DNA of 64,000 nucleotides from a virus (IMGVR_UViG_3300037067_007156:13519-77518), one strand, 5' to 3'; positions 19,854 to 30,529 are shown, counted from the stretch's first letter. Notes: generated by a model from the sequence alone, not told the origin. Numbers and translations: made by a program.

Positions 19854-20220
19854 TTATATGTCATCATTGAATAATTGTTGTAGTTTTAATTTTCTTATTT
19901 CATTATATGAAATCATTTTAATATAAACTGAACCGATATCATATTTTAATACAGTTTTTACAAAAATATCCTCATAATAATTTTTTTCAATACTCTTCCA
20001 AAGATTTTTAGTGTCGATTCCTAATAAATCTCTCTTAAATCTCTCTTAAATCTCTCTTTAATACTTCATAATGTATGAGCATACTTGGGTGTGTTTCTAT
20101 GTTACCATTATAAGCGTCAGCTAAATTGAATGTGATACTATATTTATAATTATTAATTATTTTAACCAGTCCGAATAATTTTTCATTGTTAAAAGTTCCT
20201 ATAAATTTATTATTTTTCAT
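19854..20220 (-). pseudogene. Paralog-family gene disrupted by an 11-bp tandem expansion
   Basis: With one copy of AGAGAGATTTA the frame continues ...KRDLLGIDTKNLW...EIRKLKLQQLFNDDI*. Confidence 0.7.
20025..20057. repeat. 3 x 11-bp tandem repeat (TAAATCTCTCT)
   Basis: Direct reading. Confidence 0.9.
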
Positions 20221-20303
20221 ACACCAAATGTAATATTTTATTTTTAGATGTTATAAATTTTAATATATAAAAGAAATTCTAAAAAATAATACTTTCAAGC
20301 TTA

Positions 20304-23300
20304 GTGAAGAATCTCAGATTTTACAATAAAGAAGGATACCCATATAACTTTCAATATAATACCGACAGTGATAAATGGGAAGGTAAAATATTATTTGACC
20401 CAAATAGTAGCGATTTATATAAAACTATTGGCATCTATTTATTTGAACATGTAGAACCAATATCTTTTGCTGAATATTTTAATTTTAATAAATTCGAGTT
20501 GTATAATGATAGTGGTATAATTTTAAAAGGTTCAACTAAACAAGGATTGGATATTGAAAGTATTAAAAAATCAAATAATTCATCAGCATTCAGAACTAAA
20601 TGGATAAAAGGTAAAGGGTTTCATCAATTATTCCCTGAAGGTACAGTGATTCGTTTTGTATTAAGTGGCGCAAACTATACAGATTTTGCTGATTCATTAT
20701 ATTTTAATGTTTTAGAAACAAGAAGAAATGAAATTTTAGTGCAGACAACAACCACTAATGATATGTTCATTTCATTTTCTTATATATCTGGTAAGATTTA
20801 TAGTTGTGATGTAATAAAATATCCAGATTATAATCAAGGATATAGTGCTTATTTCGCATCAAAAATATATGTTGGAAAACAATTATCGATAATAAATTCT
20901 GATAAAAATTCGGGTGTTGTTGAAGTTTCTGACCGTGAAATTTTAAAAAGAAATATTTATGATTATCAAATATCTGGAACAACAAACAATAAATTGAATT
21001 TAGAAATAACATTATTAACTGATAGAATATTACTACATAGTGGTTTGGTTACTGTTAATGGAAATAAATTCACATTCAACGAACCATTTGGAAATTCTTT
21101 TAATATTGGACAAAATATAATATTTGAAGATTATAATGGTGAACAATTATTAAACGGTTATCAATATACAATTAATAATATTTATAATAATGTAACCGTC
21201 AATACGGGTATTGCCTTAGAATTTTATGAATATTATGATGAAAATGCAACAGATGAAACCGAATATTATGTTAGAACTACATCCACCCTCGGTGTATCGT
21301 TAGTTGCAAATGATATAATTTATTTTGATGGAACTGGTTCTTTAAATCTTAAAAAAGATTTTAAGGTTTTAGATACTTATATCGAAGATGGTTATACATA
21401 TATTCAATTAGAACAATATGTACATGAAGAAAATGTTACAAACATATCTATTATTAAACGTTTAAGATTTTATGAATACAACACGTTTGATGCAACCGGA
21501 ACAGCACAATACCAATCGATTTCTGGAAATTGTTTCTTAACCACGAATATATTGAATTATAAACAAAATATTTTACCAGCAGCCTCTGGTTATTCATCAT
21601 ATTATGAAACAATAAATGCTTTTGTTGAAAATTATAATAATGATTTAAATAAATTGGGAATTAATTCTTATTTATTGAATGAAAAGTTGTTTATTGAAGG
21701 ATTGTATGATTATAGTTATTCGCCATATTTTACAGCAACTTTATATTTAGAAGAAAGTGGGCTAACTGTAAGTACAATACCAAACCAAAACACATATTCA
21801 GTTTCAAATGTTTCAGATATTCATTATATTTTCACTGAAGAAAAATTATATAATGAAAAGATTTATTTATATGAAACTGGTAAATTATCAAAAAATTATT
21901 ATGAAGAAATTCTTTTCGATTTAGAAAATGATATATTAGATTATGGTTTCTGTCTTACATTAAATGATGTTGAATATTTTATTAATTTCAACGATAATAC
22001 TGGTACAACTAATAAAACTCAAGAAACTGTTAAAGATTTTGTAGACAAATATTACACAGCTTTACATAGTAAAGGTATTGAAGTATACACGGGTTCAACT
22101 ATTGACAACAAATTATATGTCGAAACATTATACTCAGATATCGCAATAACAAGTTTAAAAGTGAAAGTTAATTTATTTTCTACATATGAAATATTGTATC
22201 AAACAGAAAATGAATCGAGAACAGAAGGTATTATCATATCAGGAAATCAATTAGATGTGGTGGGTACTACTGATTTATATTCTACTGGTTTATCGACTGG
22301 TATGATAATAAGTGTTTCAGGTAGTTCTTATAATGAAAATGAAAAGGAATATAATATACTTGGATTATCTCAAACGTCAATACAACTATCATATCAGGGG
22401 GCATTTTTCGATGAAAATAATGTAATTTTGGATATAGATTCAAGAGAATATATTCGTAAGCCAAGATTATCTTATGATAAAGATATATATTTTAGATTAT
22501 CTTGGATATCATCTGATGAACATTCTATCGATGAATCGATATTTTTTTATGATATATCTGGTGACCAATTACAACCACCAACAGATTCTGCTGGTAATTA
22601 TATTGAAAAATTACGTTATATTGGTCAAACACCACTTTGGGATTATAGACAACAAAATGTTATCAGGTTAAATAAAGAACCTAATACAAAATTAGAACAT
22701 ATATCTAATCCAAAATATCAACAAACAATATTTTCTGAATTAAATTTTTTATTACCACAATTGGACTCAGATGATGAATTTAATTATTTACCAAAACCTT
22801 TTGAAATATTTATAGGTTACAACTCACCAAATGAAGGGGTGAATTATAATATAATGAAACTTGAAAAAGTGGAAACTATTATTTTCAGTGGCACAACTGG
22901 TGTTTTAGATAATTATTTTATTTTTAATACTGATGGAACGATTGAATATAAATCTAATTTATTTGATGGTTTTATTAATTTAGGTTTCGAAGTAGGACAA
23001 CCAATATTAATAACATTAACGGATACAAATCCATATGACCAAACAATATTTAAAAATTATGAAACTTATACAATCACCAGTGTCACAAAAAATAAAATAA
23101 CAGTTAATATTGATAATATTGAAGGTAATTTTGAATATTTTAATTCTTCCGGTAAAACTTACAATTTTTCAGTTAGTGTCCAACCGAAAGAAATAGGACA
23201 ATTTTCAATATATGGTGAAACTGAAATTGAAGATGAACGTTTTGATATTAATTTAAAAAACTTGGGTATCAGAATTAATAAAGAAGAAGAAATGATATTT

Positions 23301-24308
23301 AAGGATTCAGATATTGAAGAAAATGGAATTGATTATACGTTATTAAATCAGAAAAGAAAAGAAATGCTAATAATGTATCCTCAAATTTATAATTACATAG
23401 GTGCTTATAAATCACTAATGGGTGCTATTAATTTCTTTGGTTATAATGATTTATCAGTCTATGAATATTATAAGAATGTAAATTCAAGTTCGCCATTTTA
23501 TAAAAAGTATATGAGAATACATATACCAGATATTTTTGATACTACAATAGACGGTTGGAATGAAGTGGATTTTATAAAGAACAAAGGTAATAGAAACAAT
23601 TATGTTAAAACTAACCTTTTCAATCTAACTTATCAAATAACTGATGAAGATGGTTATAACCTGAGTTTATATTCATTAAAAGAAGTTCAAATAAAACTTC
23701 AAAAATTGAAATTGTGGTTAAGAGAAAATATTATACCTCTTTCATCTAACATAGTTGATATAACTGGGTCAGGTAAAATACCAGCTTCAAATTATTTGGT
23801 TCATGATACTTCTAACCAAGTTACAAAATTCCGAACTGAAAAAACTGGTGTTGTAATAAATTTCAATTACATAACAACTTTAAATTTTAGTACAAACTAT
23901 TTATTTACAATACATTTTTATACAATTACAGGTTTCGTACCTGACCATTTTGAATTAATTATTAAAACATTCTCAAAAGATTCCAATGGTAAATTAATAC
24001 CAGTTCAATATTTTAAAGTATTTAAAACCGACCTTGAACCTTTTAATTTTAATATCGATAAAAATATTGACCCATATATTTATATAGAAACTGCTTATTA
24101 TGGCGATTATGGCGTTGGTTATAGGAATACTGAATTATTTAATTTTGATGAACCAAAAAATTATTATTTAATTAATAATAATTTCCGTTATAAATATTAC
24201 CCAAGAATTGGAACAAATGAGGGTTATTATATTATAGAAGATGATGGTAGTCTTTGGATTGTGGAAGAATACAGTAGTAGTACAAGTAATAGTGGTACAA
24301 CCAGCTAA
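20304..24308 (+). CDS. Large virion structural protein (baseplate wedge/tail-like)
   Basis: 1334 aa, beta/Thr/Gly-rich, late-type motif upstream; YIGAYKSLMGAINFFG recalls baseplate wedge proteins. Confidence 0.55.
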   Translation: MKNLRFYNKEGYPYNFQYNTDSDKWEGKILFDPNSSDLYKTIGIYLFEHVEPISFAEYFNFNKFELYNDSGIILKGSTKQGLDIESIKKSNNSSAFRTKWIKGKGFHQLFPEGTVIRFVLSGANYTDFADSLYFNVLETRRNEILVQTTTTNDMFISFSYISGKIYSCDVIKYPDYNQGYSAYFASKIYVGKQLSIINSDKNSGVVEVSDREILKRNIYDYQISGTTNNKLNLEITLLTDRILLHSGLVTVNGNKFTFNEPFGNSFNIGQNIIFEDYNGEQLLNGYQYTINNIYNNVTVNTGIALEFYEYYDENATDETEYYVRTTSTLGVSLVANDIIYFDGTGSLNLKKDFKVLDTYIEDGYTYIQLEQYVHEENVTNISIIKRLRFYEYNTFDATGTAQYQSISGNCFLTTNILNYKQNILPAASGYSSYYETINAFVENYNNDLNKLGINSYLLNEKLFIEGLYDYSYSPYFTATLYLEESGLTVSTIPNQNTYSVSNVSDIHYIFTEEKLYNEKIYLYETGKLSKNYYEEILFDLENDILDYGFCLTLNDVEYFINFNDNTGTTNKTQETVKDFVDKYYTALHSKGIEVYTGSTIDNKLYVETLYSDIAITSLKVKVNLFSTYEILYQTENESRTEGIIISGNQLDVVGTTDLYSTGLSTGMIISVSGSSYNENEKEYNILGLSQTSIQLSYQGAFFDENNVILDIDSREYIRKPRLSYDKDIYFRLSWISSDEHSIDESIFFYDISGDQLQPPTDSAGNYIEKLRYIGQTPLWDYRQQNVIRLNKEPNTKLEHISNPKYQQTIFSELNFLLPQLDSDDEFNYLPKPFEIFIGYNSPNEGVNYNIMKLEKVETIIFSGTTGVLDNYFIFNTDGTIEYKSNLFDGFINLGFEVGQPILITLTDTNPYDQTIFKNYETYTITSVTKNKITVNIDNIEGNFEYFNSSGKTYNFSVSVQPKEIGQFSIYGETEIEDERFDINLKNLGIRINKEEEMIFKDSDIEENGIDYTLLNQKRKEMLIMYPQIYNYIGAYKSLMGAINFFGYNDLSVYEYYKNVNSSSPFYKKYMRIHIPDIFDTTIDGWNEVDFIKNKGNRNNYVKTNLFNLTYQITDEDGYNLSLYSLKEVQIKLQKLKLWLRENIIPLSSNIVDITGSGKIPASNYLVHDTSNQVTKFRTEKTGVVINFNYITTLNFSTNYLFTIHFYTITGFVPDHFELIIKTFSKDSNGKLIPVQYFKVFKTDLEPFNFNIDKNIDPYIYIETAYYGDYGVGYRNTELFNFDEPKNYYLINNNFRYKYYPRIGTNEGYYIIEDDGSLWIVEEYSSSTSNSGTTS

Positions 24309-24327
24309 AAACATATAAATAATTATT

Positions 24328-24540
24328 TTAATTTGTAAATACGGGATGATTTCTTTTATGTTTCATATGCAGAATATGTTGATATTTTACATGTCGGTAA
24401 CTGTCATATAATAAACTTAATGGTATTGTTCCTGTAATTCCAATTAAACATATTGTCGCAATGGGTATCGATACTAATATACCAATTTCTTTAAAAACAG
24501 GTTTTTCAGGCACTAAATCATCTACATGAATATAATCGCC
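24328..24540 (-). pseudogene. 3' part of a small membrane-protein gene interrupted by the IS; 5' part at 25962..25988
   Basis: MKYTKMLIY (25988-25962) joins in frame to GDYIHVDD... when 24541..25961 is removed. Confidence 0.65.
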
Positions 24541-25961
24541 ATGAACTACCACTAAACTAAAAGAATTAGTGGTTTCAAGAAACTAAAAAGTTTCTATCTC
24601 TTTAAGTGCTTCACAGACTGTGCTTAATAAATTAAGTCTTATTTCATCTCCACACCCGTAATCAGTCGTTCCAACTGATGTATTTAATCTTAAACCTTCA
24701 TCTAAGATATTTTTTGCTGCGTTTAAATCTCTATCAATTAAAGTATTACAAGAAGGACAAACCCAGTTTCTATCATTTAAAGTTAAGTTATGATTAATAT
24801 AACCACAACAATTACATGTTTTACTGGAAGGAAAAAATCTATTAATTTTTATGATTTTTTTGTCATTCCATTCAGCTTTATAACTTAATATTTCAACGAA
24901 TTTACTCCAAGAAACGTCTAAAATAGCTTTATTTAAAGCAGATTTAGCTGACTGTCCGTTAGGTAAATATCTACCATTTTCATCTTGTTTTGGCTTACAC
25001 CTTGATGACAATCCTTTGACATTTAAATCTTCCAGATAAATTTCATCATAATTATCAATCAACATTTTTGTTGTCTTGTGTAGCAAGTCATTCCTTGAAT
25101 TTGATATTTTTTCATAAATCTTTCCTACTTTTAACCTTTGTTTCTTATAACTAACAGAACCTTTTTCTTTTCTTGACAAAGATTTTTGACTTTGAACTAA
25201 ATTCTTTTCATATTTTTTAACAAACCTGTGATTTTTGATTTTCAAACCGTCAGACGTTATTAAAAAATCTTTTATTCCTAAGTCGATTCCTACTTTTTTA
25301 TTTGTTTTTTGTGCTGATATGTATTCTCTTTCAACCAATATTGATACAAAATACTTACCAGTTGGTGTTTTTGTTATGCTACATTTTTTAATTAAACCTT
25401 CAACTTTTCTCTCACAAATCATTTTTATACCTGCATTAAATTTTGGTATAATCAATTCATTTTTAGATATTTTAACACTCTGAGGAACAGTAAATGTGTT
25501 TTTATCACGTTTTGACTTAAATTTTGGAAATTTTGATTTTTTATTAAAGAAATTTTGATAAGACTGGTCTAAACATTTTAAAGCGTACTGTAAAGTTTGT
25601 GCATTTATTTCTTTTAACCAAACCGTTTTATCTTCTTTCTTTAACTGTGTTAGAAATGCTGCTTGTTTATTATATGTTATTGATTTCTTGTTATTTAAAT
25701 ATTCATCTTTTCTTTGGTTTAAAAAATAATTAAATATAAATCTTGTCGAACCGAAATGTTTACTGAGAAGAATTTTTTGTTCTTCGTTTGGCTGCAACCT
25801 AAATTTATATGTATATTTTATTATTTTCAAATAAAAAATATTTTTCTTTTGATATATAGTATATATTTTAAGTAAAGTTTTATAATTTTTAAACTATTTT
25901 TACTAATTTTTAAATTCAGCCATAAAACTGAAGATTTAGTGGTTTTTCTTTCACTAAAATT
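24541..25961 (-). mobile_element. Non-autonomous IS200/IS605-family (TnpB-only) element
   Basis: Related subterminal sequences (AAACCACTAA...) at both ends, right-end hairpin, right end TTCAT, inserted 3' of TTTAT, no tnpA. Confidence 0.8.
24583..25830 (-). CDS. tnpB: TnpB RNA-guided endonuclease
   Basis: YKFRLQP HTH, GIDLG, LEDL, SSKTCNCCG/CPSC Zn finger, DRDLNAAKNI. Confidence 0.95.
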   Translation of the reverse strand: MKIIKYTYKFRLQPNEEQKILLSKHFGSTRFIFNYFLNQRKDEYLNNKKSITYNKQAAFLTQLKKEDKTVWLKEINAQTLQYALKCLDQSYQNFFNKKSKFPKFKSKRDKNTFTVPQSVKISKNELIIPKFNAGIKMICERKVEGLIKKCSITKTPTGKYFVSILVEREYISAQKTNKKVGIDLGIKDFLITSDGLKIKNHRFVKKYEKNLVQSQKSLSRKEKGSVSYKKQRLKVGKIYEKISNSRNDLLHKTTKMLIDNYDEIYLEDLNVKGLSSRCKPKQDENGRYLPNGQSAKSALNKAILDVSWSKFVEILSYKAEWNDKKIIKINRFFPSSKTCNCCGYINHNLTLNDRNWVCPSCNTLIDRDLNAAKNILDEGLRLNTSVGTTDYGCGDEIRLNLLSTVCEALKEIETF

Positions 25962-25997
25962 ATAAATAAGCATTTTAGTATATTTCATTATTTTTTT

Positions 25998-26483
25998 TTA
26001 ATATTTATTTTCTCTCAATATCTTTCTAACATCCATCAAAACTTTTCCGAGTAAGTTCTGACCTTTCCATTTTGTTTCATCATGAATATCTGGATTGTTT
26101 TCATCCATCCCTATTCCCCAAATATTATCTCTTGGATTCACTTCGACTAATATTTTATCACCAGTATCCAATAATTTTGTTTTTAATTCTTCGTTTTGAC
26201 TGTATTTAAGAAGATTTGCTTCATACATAATATCATATCTAATTGTTGACCATTCTTCATCATTATAATTCTTAACTTTTCTACCAAGAGCTTTAGCTTC
26301 ATAAGGAATTGATGTTTTGAGTATTTCATCAGCTATTTCGAAATCTTCGAAAAATAATGCTTTGTGGTACATGAACATTTGTTCGGTGTTATTAAATGTA
26401 TGTTTACCAGATTTTATAGTACAAAATTTAAAATTACTTAACCATTCTTTTAAAAAGAAAATATGTGTGTCTGTTACTTTCAT
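25998..26483 (-). CDS. NADAR family protein
   Basis: LSNF, EQMFMYHKA, AKALGRKV, LVE.NP.D.IWGIG, GQNLLGKVLM. Confidence 0.9.
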   Translation of the reverse strand: MKVTDTHIFFLKEWLSNFKFCTIKSGKHTFNNTEQMFMYHKALFFEDFEIADEILKTSIPYEAKALGRKVKNYNDEEWSTIRYDIMYEANLLKYSQNEELKTKLLDTGDKILVEVNPRDNIWGIGMDENNPDIHDETKWKGQNLLGKVLMDVRKILRENKY

Positions 26484-26629
26484 GAAAAATGTTTTTAATT
26501 ATTATACATTATATTAATATTAAAAAATAAGTTTTAAATTTTTTTAAAAATATTTTCAATATTTAGAATGATATGAATGAAAACAAATATCATTTTTTAT
26601 TATATATGTTAAAAATAAATAATATTAAA

Positions 26630-27325
26630 ATGAGATATTTTGGTGGTAAAGCAAGGATTGGTAAAGAAATAGCTAATTTTATTAATAATAATTTAAAGGA
26701 AAACCAAACATACGTTGAACCTTTTGTTGGTGGTGCATGGATTATGTACAGAATTAATAATGAACGAAAAAGAATTGGTTCAGATTTGTGTAAACCTCTA
26801 ATAGATTTATATTGTTCGATGCAAAATAGTTGGATTCCACCCACTAACGTAGATAAGGAATTATATATGAAAGGTAAAAAAGGTGAATTGGATTCAAATC
26901 TAACCGCTTTTTTAGGATTCGGTTGTAGTTTTGCTGGTAAGTGGTATGGTGGATTTGCAAGTACAGAAGGTCGAAATTATGCTATGAACGCAAAAAACAG
27001 TTTAATGAAAAAATTTGAAAATTTATCTGATGTAATATTTTTAAATCAAGACTATACTCAATTTACTGACATGGAAAATTGTTTCATATATTGCGACCCG
27101 CCATATGGTGCAACAACCAAGTATGATTACTGTGGACATTTTGACACGAATAAATTTTGGAATATTATGAGAAAATGGTCAGAAAAAAATACTGTTATAG
27201 TTTCGGAATACACTGCACCACCCGATTTTAAATATGTTTTAGAAATAGAAACAAAAACAGATATAAGAAATAAAAATAATAATAAAGAAAAAAGAATTGA
27301 AAAAATATTTAGTTTGAATTATTAA
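26630..27325 (+). CDS. DNA adenine methyltransferase (Dam/D12 class)
   Basis: MRYFGGK, EPFVGG, YCDPPY; likely start ATG 26630. Confidence 0.9.
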   Translation: MRYFGGKARIGKEIANFINNNLKENQTYVEPFVGGAWIMYRINNERKRIGSDLCKPLIDLYCSMQNSWIPPTNVDKELYMKGKKGELDSNLTAFLGFGCSFAGKWYGGFASTEGRNYAMNAKNSLMKKFENLSDVIFLNQDYTQFTDMENCFIYCDPPYGATTKYDYCGHFDTNKFWNIMRKWSEKNTVIVSEYTAPPDFKYVLEIETKTDIRNKNNNKEKRIEKIFSLNY

Positions 27326-27364
27326 AAATATTATTTTTACAGTAATGTTTTATATCAAAAAATT

Positions 27365-28195
27365 ATGACTGTAAAATCCTGCATTCAAAAAATATTAAAT
27401 AATTCAACAGAAGATGTGATTTATTTATCTAATATTTTAAAACAAACTGCAAACGAAACTGGTCACTCTTATGAGTCGGTACGTGGTTCTTCATTTGGCT
27501 TGGCAAGAGATAAATTTTTAAAAGAAGATTGGTTTAAATCTAATTGGTATTATATTTCTAAAAATTCAAATAATCCGGCCAGAATTATTAGAAAAGAATA
27601 TGTTGAAAAACAAGGACTAACTTTAAACGAAAACATATCATATGATACTATACACAAACAAAAATCACGAGAATATGTTTTTGATTCTATAAAAAAATTA
27701 TCAAAACCAAAAATTATTACATTAGCTGGTGAACATGGTTTAGATGTTCAATACATTCTTAAAATAAATAAAAATTCTATAATACATAATATTGAAAAAG
27801 ATAAAAATATATTTGATAACTATTGTAAATTAGGTTTAAAAACAAACAACTACAATTGTACAGTTACAGAATTTCTACATACTGAAAAAAAAGTTGATAT
27901 ATTTTTTTATGATTCTATGGGATATTTGTGCGAATATATTTCAAATGATTTACAATTAATCAACAATTACAAAACAACTAATATTCTATGTTTAAATCTA
28001 ATGAATATTAAAAATATAAGAAATCATGGTTCGTTTGCAAATTCATTAAGGCGTAGATATGGTCATTTACCAAATCCAACTTTAACACATATTAAGAAAA
28101 TATTATCAAATTATTCTTATGTAGATAACTATATTTATAATAGAACCACACAAAACTCTCAACAAATGATTATTTACAAATTTAAATTAAAATAA
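27365..28195 (+). CDS. Putative SAM-dependent methyltransferase-fold protein
   Basis: IITLAGEHGLD...NIEKD...VDIFFYDSMG Rossmann-like pattern. Confidence 0.45.
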   Translation: MTVKSCIQKILNNSTEDVIYLSNILKQTANETGHSYESVRGSSFGLARDKFLKEDWFKSNWYYISKNSNNPARIIRKEYVEKQGLTLNENISYDTIHKQKSREYVFDSIKKLSKPKIITLAGEHGLDVQYILKINKNSIIHNIEKDKNIFDNYCKLGLKTNNYNCTVTEFLHTEKKVDIFFYDSMGYLCEYISNDLQLINNYKTTNILCLNLMNIKNIRNHGSFANSLRRRYGHLPNPTLTHIKKILSNYSYVDNYIYNRTTQNSQQMIIYKFKLK

Positions 28196-28207
28196 GATAA
28201 AAAAATA

Positions 28208-28411
28208 TTAAATCAAATCCCAAAAATGTTTTTTAATAAAATTCTTTTTATTATTTGAATTATCAAAATGTTTTTCCATAAAAGATTCCATTGCTTTAGC
28301 TCCAGCTATAAAAGCAGTATATGAAACCGCTTCTAAATCAGTGTGAGATTGGTGAATATTTTCTTCGTTTTCTTTCCACCATATACTAAAAATATCATTC
28401 TTTTCCACCAT
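28208..28411 (-). CDS. Hypothetical protein
   Basis: 67-aa ORF. Confidence 0.5.
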   Translation of the reverse strand: MVEKNDIFSIWWKENEENIHQSHTDLEAVSYTAFIAGAKAMESFMEKHFDNSNNKKNFIKKHFWDLI

Positions 28412-28772
28412 CTTGTAATATATCTTTTATTTTTAATCGTCTTATTTCTTGAGCATCAACAACATTTACATATATAGGTAATATTGTAATTCGAGTTTGA
28501 AAATTATCCATTTCAATATCGTTTGTAAACGCATTAAGTTCCAATGATTTAATAGCATCTAATTCTGTATCAAAAAATTCAGAATTATCATCGTCAGATA
28601 ATTTGATTATTAAGGTAGATTTAGGAATATATTTACAAATACTTCCATTTTCAAGAATAGAATTAAATTTAAATGATATCTCATCACAATTTAAATCATT
28701 TGAATGTATATTAAGATTTTTAATAAAACTTGTCATTACTATTTTATAAATAGCATATTTTTTAACAATCAT
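28395..28772 (-). CDS. Hypothetical protein (RKxKI motif family)
   Basis: Ends EIRRLKIKDILQ. Confidence 0.6.
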   Translation of the reverse strand: MIVKKYAIYKIVMTSFIKNLNIHSNDLNCDEISFKFNSILENGSICKYIPKSTLIIKLSDDDNSEFFDTELDAIKSLELNAFTNDIEMDNFQTRITILPIYVNVVDAQEIRRLKIKDILQDGGKE

Positions 28773-28773
28773 A

Positions 28774-29322
28774 TCAAATAATTAAATAATTACTTTTTAT
28801 CTTTTTATTCTCAATTTCAGTTAAAGTTTTATTTATTTGCTTTAAAGTTTTAATATCAAAACGTTTTATGAATAAAGTTCCAAAAATATGGTCATACTCA
28901 TGTTGTATTATTTTGGCTATAATACCATTATAATCGACAGTTTTCTTTTCAAAATTAGAATTTAAATACTCAATAGTTATATCATCAGAACGTGTTATGT
29001 TATTCATTAAATTAGGAAAGCTTAAACAACCTTCCATTGTTATACTTTTATTATCACTTCTTTCAATTATAATTGGGTTTATGAATGCTTCTTTGAATCC
29101 GAAAAAAGAATCACCATCGAGGTCACCAGTCGTATCTACGATAAATAATTTTATAGGTACACCAACTTGATGAGCAGCTAACCCAACACCCTTAGCTACA
29201 TTAAGGGTTTCAAACATATTTTTTATTAAGTCTTGTATTTCATTTTTTTCTTTTGTTAAATCAATTGTTCTTGGTTGTTGTATAAGTATAGGTTCACCAT
29301 AGGTGTATATTGGTAAAATCAT
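28774..29322 (-). CDS. def: Peptide deformylase
   Basis: GVGLAAHQ, EGCLS, HEYDH. Confidence 0.95.
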   Translation of the reverse strand: MILPIYTYGEPILIQQPRTIDLTKEKNEIQDLIKNMFETLNVAKGVGLAAHQVGVPIKLFIVDTTGDLDGDSFFGFKEAFINPIIIERSDNKSITMEGCLSFPNLMNNITRSDDITIEYLNSNFEKKTVDYNGIIAKIIQHEYDHIFGTLFIKRFDIKTLKQINKTLTEIENKKIKSNYLII

Positions 29323-29350
29323 TAAATAATTTTATTTTTGAAAAAGAATA

Positions 29351-29644
29351 TTATTCTTCTTTTTTTGGTAGAACAAGTTCCAAATATTTTGTGTTTAATA
29401 ATTCTTCCAATTGACCACATATAGGAAGTTTACCAATCCTTGTGTTGTTAAGATTTGTACATCTAAATCCGACATTGGGTATGAAATTTAACATAATAGA
29501 AGAATTTTGGTCAATTATTGCACCTCTTTGTAACATATATGCAAGTTGTTCATCACCGAATTGATTGATTAATGTATGAATTTTAGGATGATATTCAGTT
29601 AACTTTTTATGTTCTAATATGAGATTTAAACAGGTTTTTAACAT
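29351..29644 (-). CDS. Hypothetical protein
   Basis: 97-aa ORF. Confidence 0.55.
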   Translation of the reverse strand: MLKTCLNLILEHKKLTEYHPKIHTLINQFGDEQLAYMLQRGAIIDQNSSIMLNFIPNVGFRCTNLNNTRIGKLPICGQLEELLNTKYLELVLPKKEE

Positions 29645-29757
29645 TTTTATTGTATTATTTTTGTTTATATATTATATATTTAGGGTTTAGTTTATTAGTT
29701 TACAATTTTTTTTATTAAATTTAATGATTATTTTTGTCAATTATAAATGATATTTTT

Positions 29758-29952
29758 ATGAAAGAAGAAAAAATGTTTACTCATGAATCACATTATGATA
29801 CATTTGAAAATATATTTGTATGTGACAAATATGACACATTGGTGGAAGATATTAGTGGTAGTATGAATATTTTTAAAGAAAATAAGCGTAAAGAGCGTAA
29901 AGCTAAACTCGATGAAATTTTCAATGGTGAATTTAATTTAATAAGTGAATAA
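29758..29952 (+). CDS. Hypothetical protein (RKxKL motif family)
   Basis: Likely ATG 29758; contains ERKAKLDEIF near C-terminus. Confidence 0.5.
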   Translation: MKEEKMFTHESHYDTFENIFVCDKYDTLVEDISGSMNIFKENKRKERKAKLDEIFNGEFNLISE

Positions 29953-30529
29953 TATGAAACCACTCGAATACGTAAAAAAATATAATCTTGACCAAGGTGT
30001 AAATTTCAACCACAATGAATTTATATCAGATTTGACATTTGATTTCATTACCCTTTTAGAAGTAGGTAATGCACGGGGTAATTTCAAAGGTTACAATAAC
30101 GCTGTTAACGCCATTCGGATGAAATGGGATGGTATTGACAAAAAAACAGCAGGTCGGTTACCAGAAAAACTCTGGAATTATTTTTTCGGTTCTGTAATAG
30201 CTAAATTACGGGAAGAGTTATTTCCAGAAGAAATGGAAAAAAGAAGAATGGAAGAAAAAGAACGGAAGAGAAGAAAAGAAGAATGGAAGAGAATGGAACA
30301 GGAAGAGGATTCTTGGATATTTGGTTTCTTTTTACATTCTTTATTCTCAAAACAAAAACCATTATCCAGTTTTCAAGCATTAGAATTAAATTCTGATGCT
30401 ACTTTGGAAGATGTTAAAGGGGCATACCGCAAATTATCAATGTTACATCACCCAGATAAAGGCGGGAATAAAGATAAATTTATCGAAATAACTGAGGCTA
30501 AAAATAAGTGTTTGGCTTTTTTATCTTAA
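29945..30529 (+). CDS. C-terminal J-domain (DnaJ-like) protein
   Basis: VKGAYRKLSMLHHPDKGG. Confidence 0.85.
   Translation: MNNMKPLEYVKKYNLDQGVNFNHNEFISDLTFDFITLLEVGNARGNFKGYNNAVNAIRMKWDGIDKKTAGRLPEKLWNYFFGSVIAKLREELFPEEMEKRRMEEKERKRRKEEWKRMEQEEDSWIFGFFLHSLFSKQKPLSSFQALELNSDATLEDVKGAYRKLSMLHHPDKGGNKDKFIEITEAKNKCLAFLS

Noticed and set aside
24328-24552. 74-aa ORF as an independent gene
   Set aside because: Its GTG start lies inside the IS right end; better explained as the 3' part of the interrupted gene.
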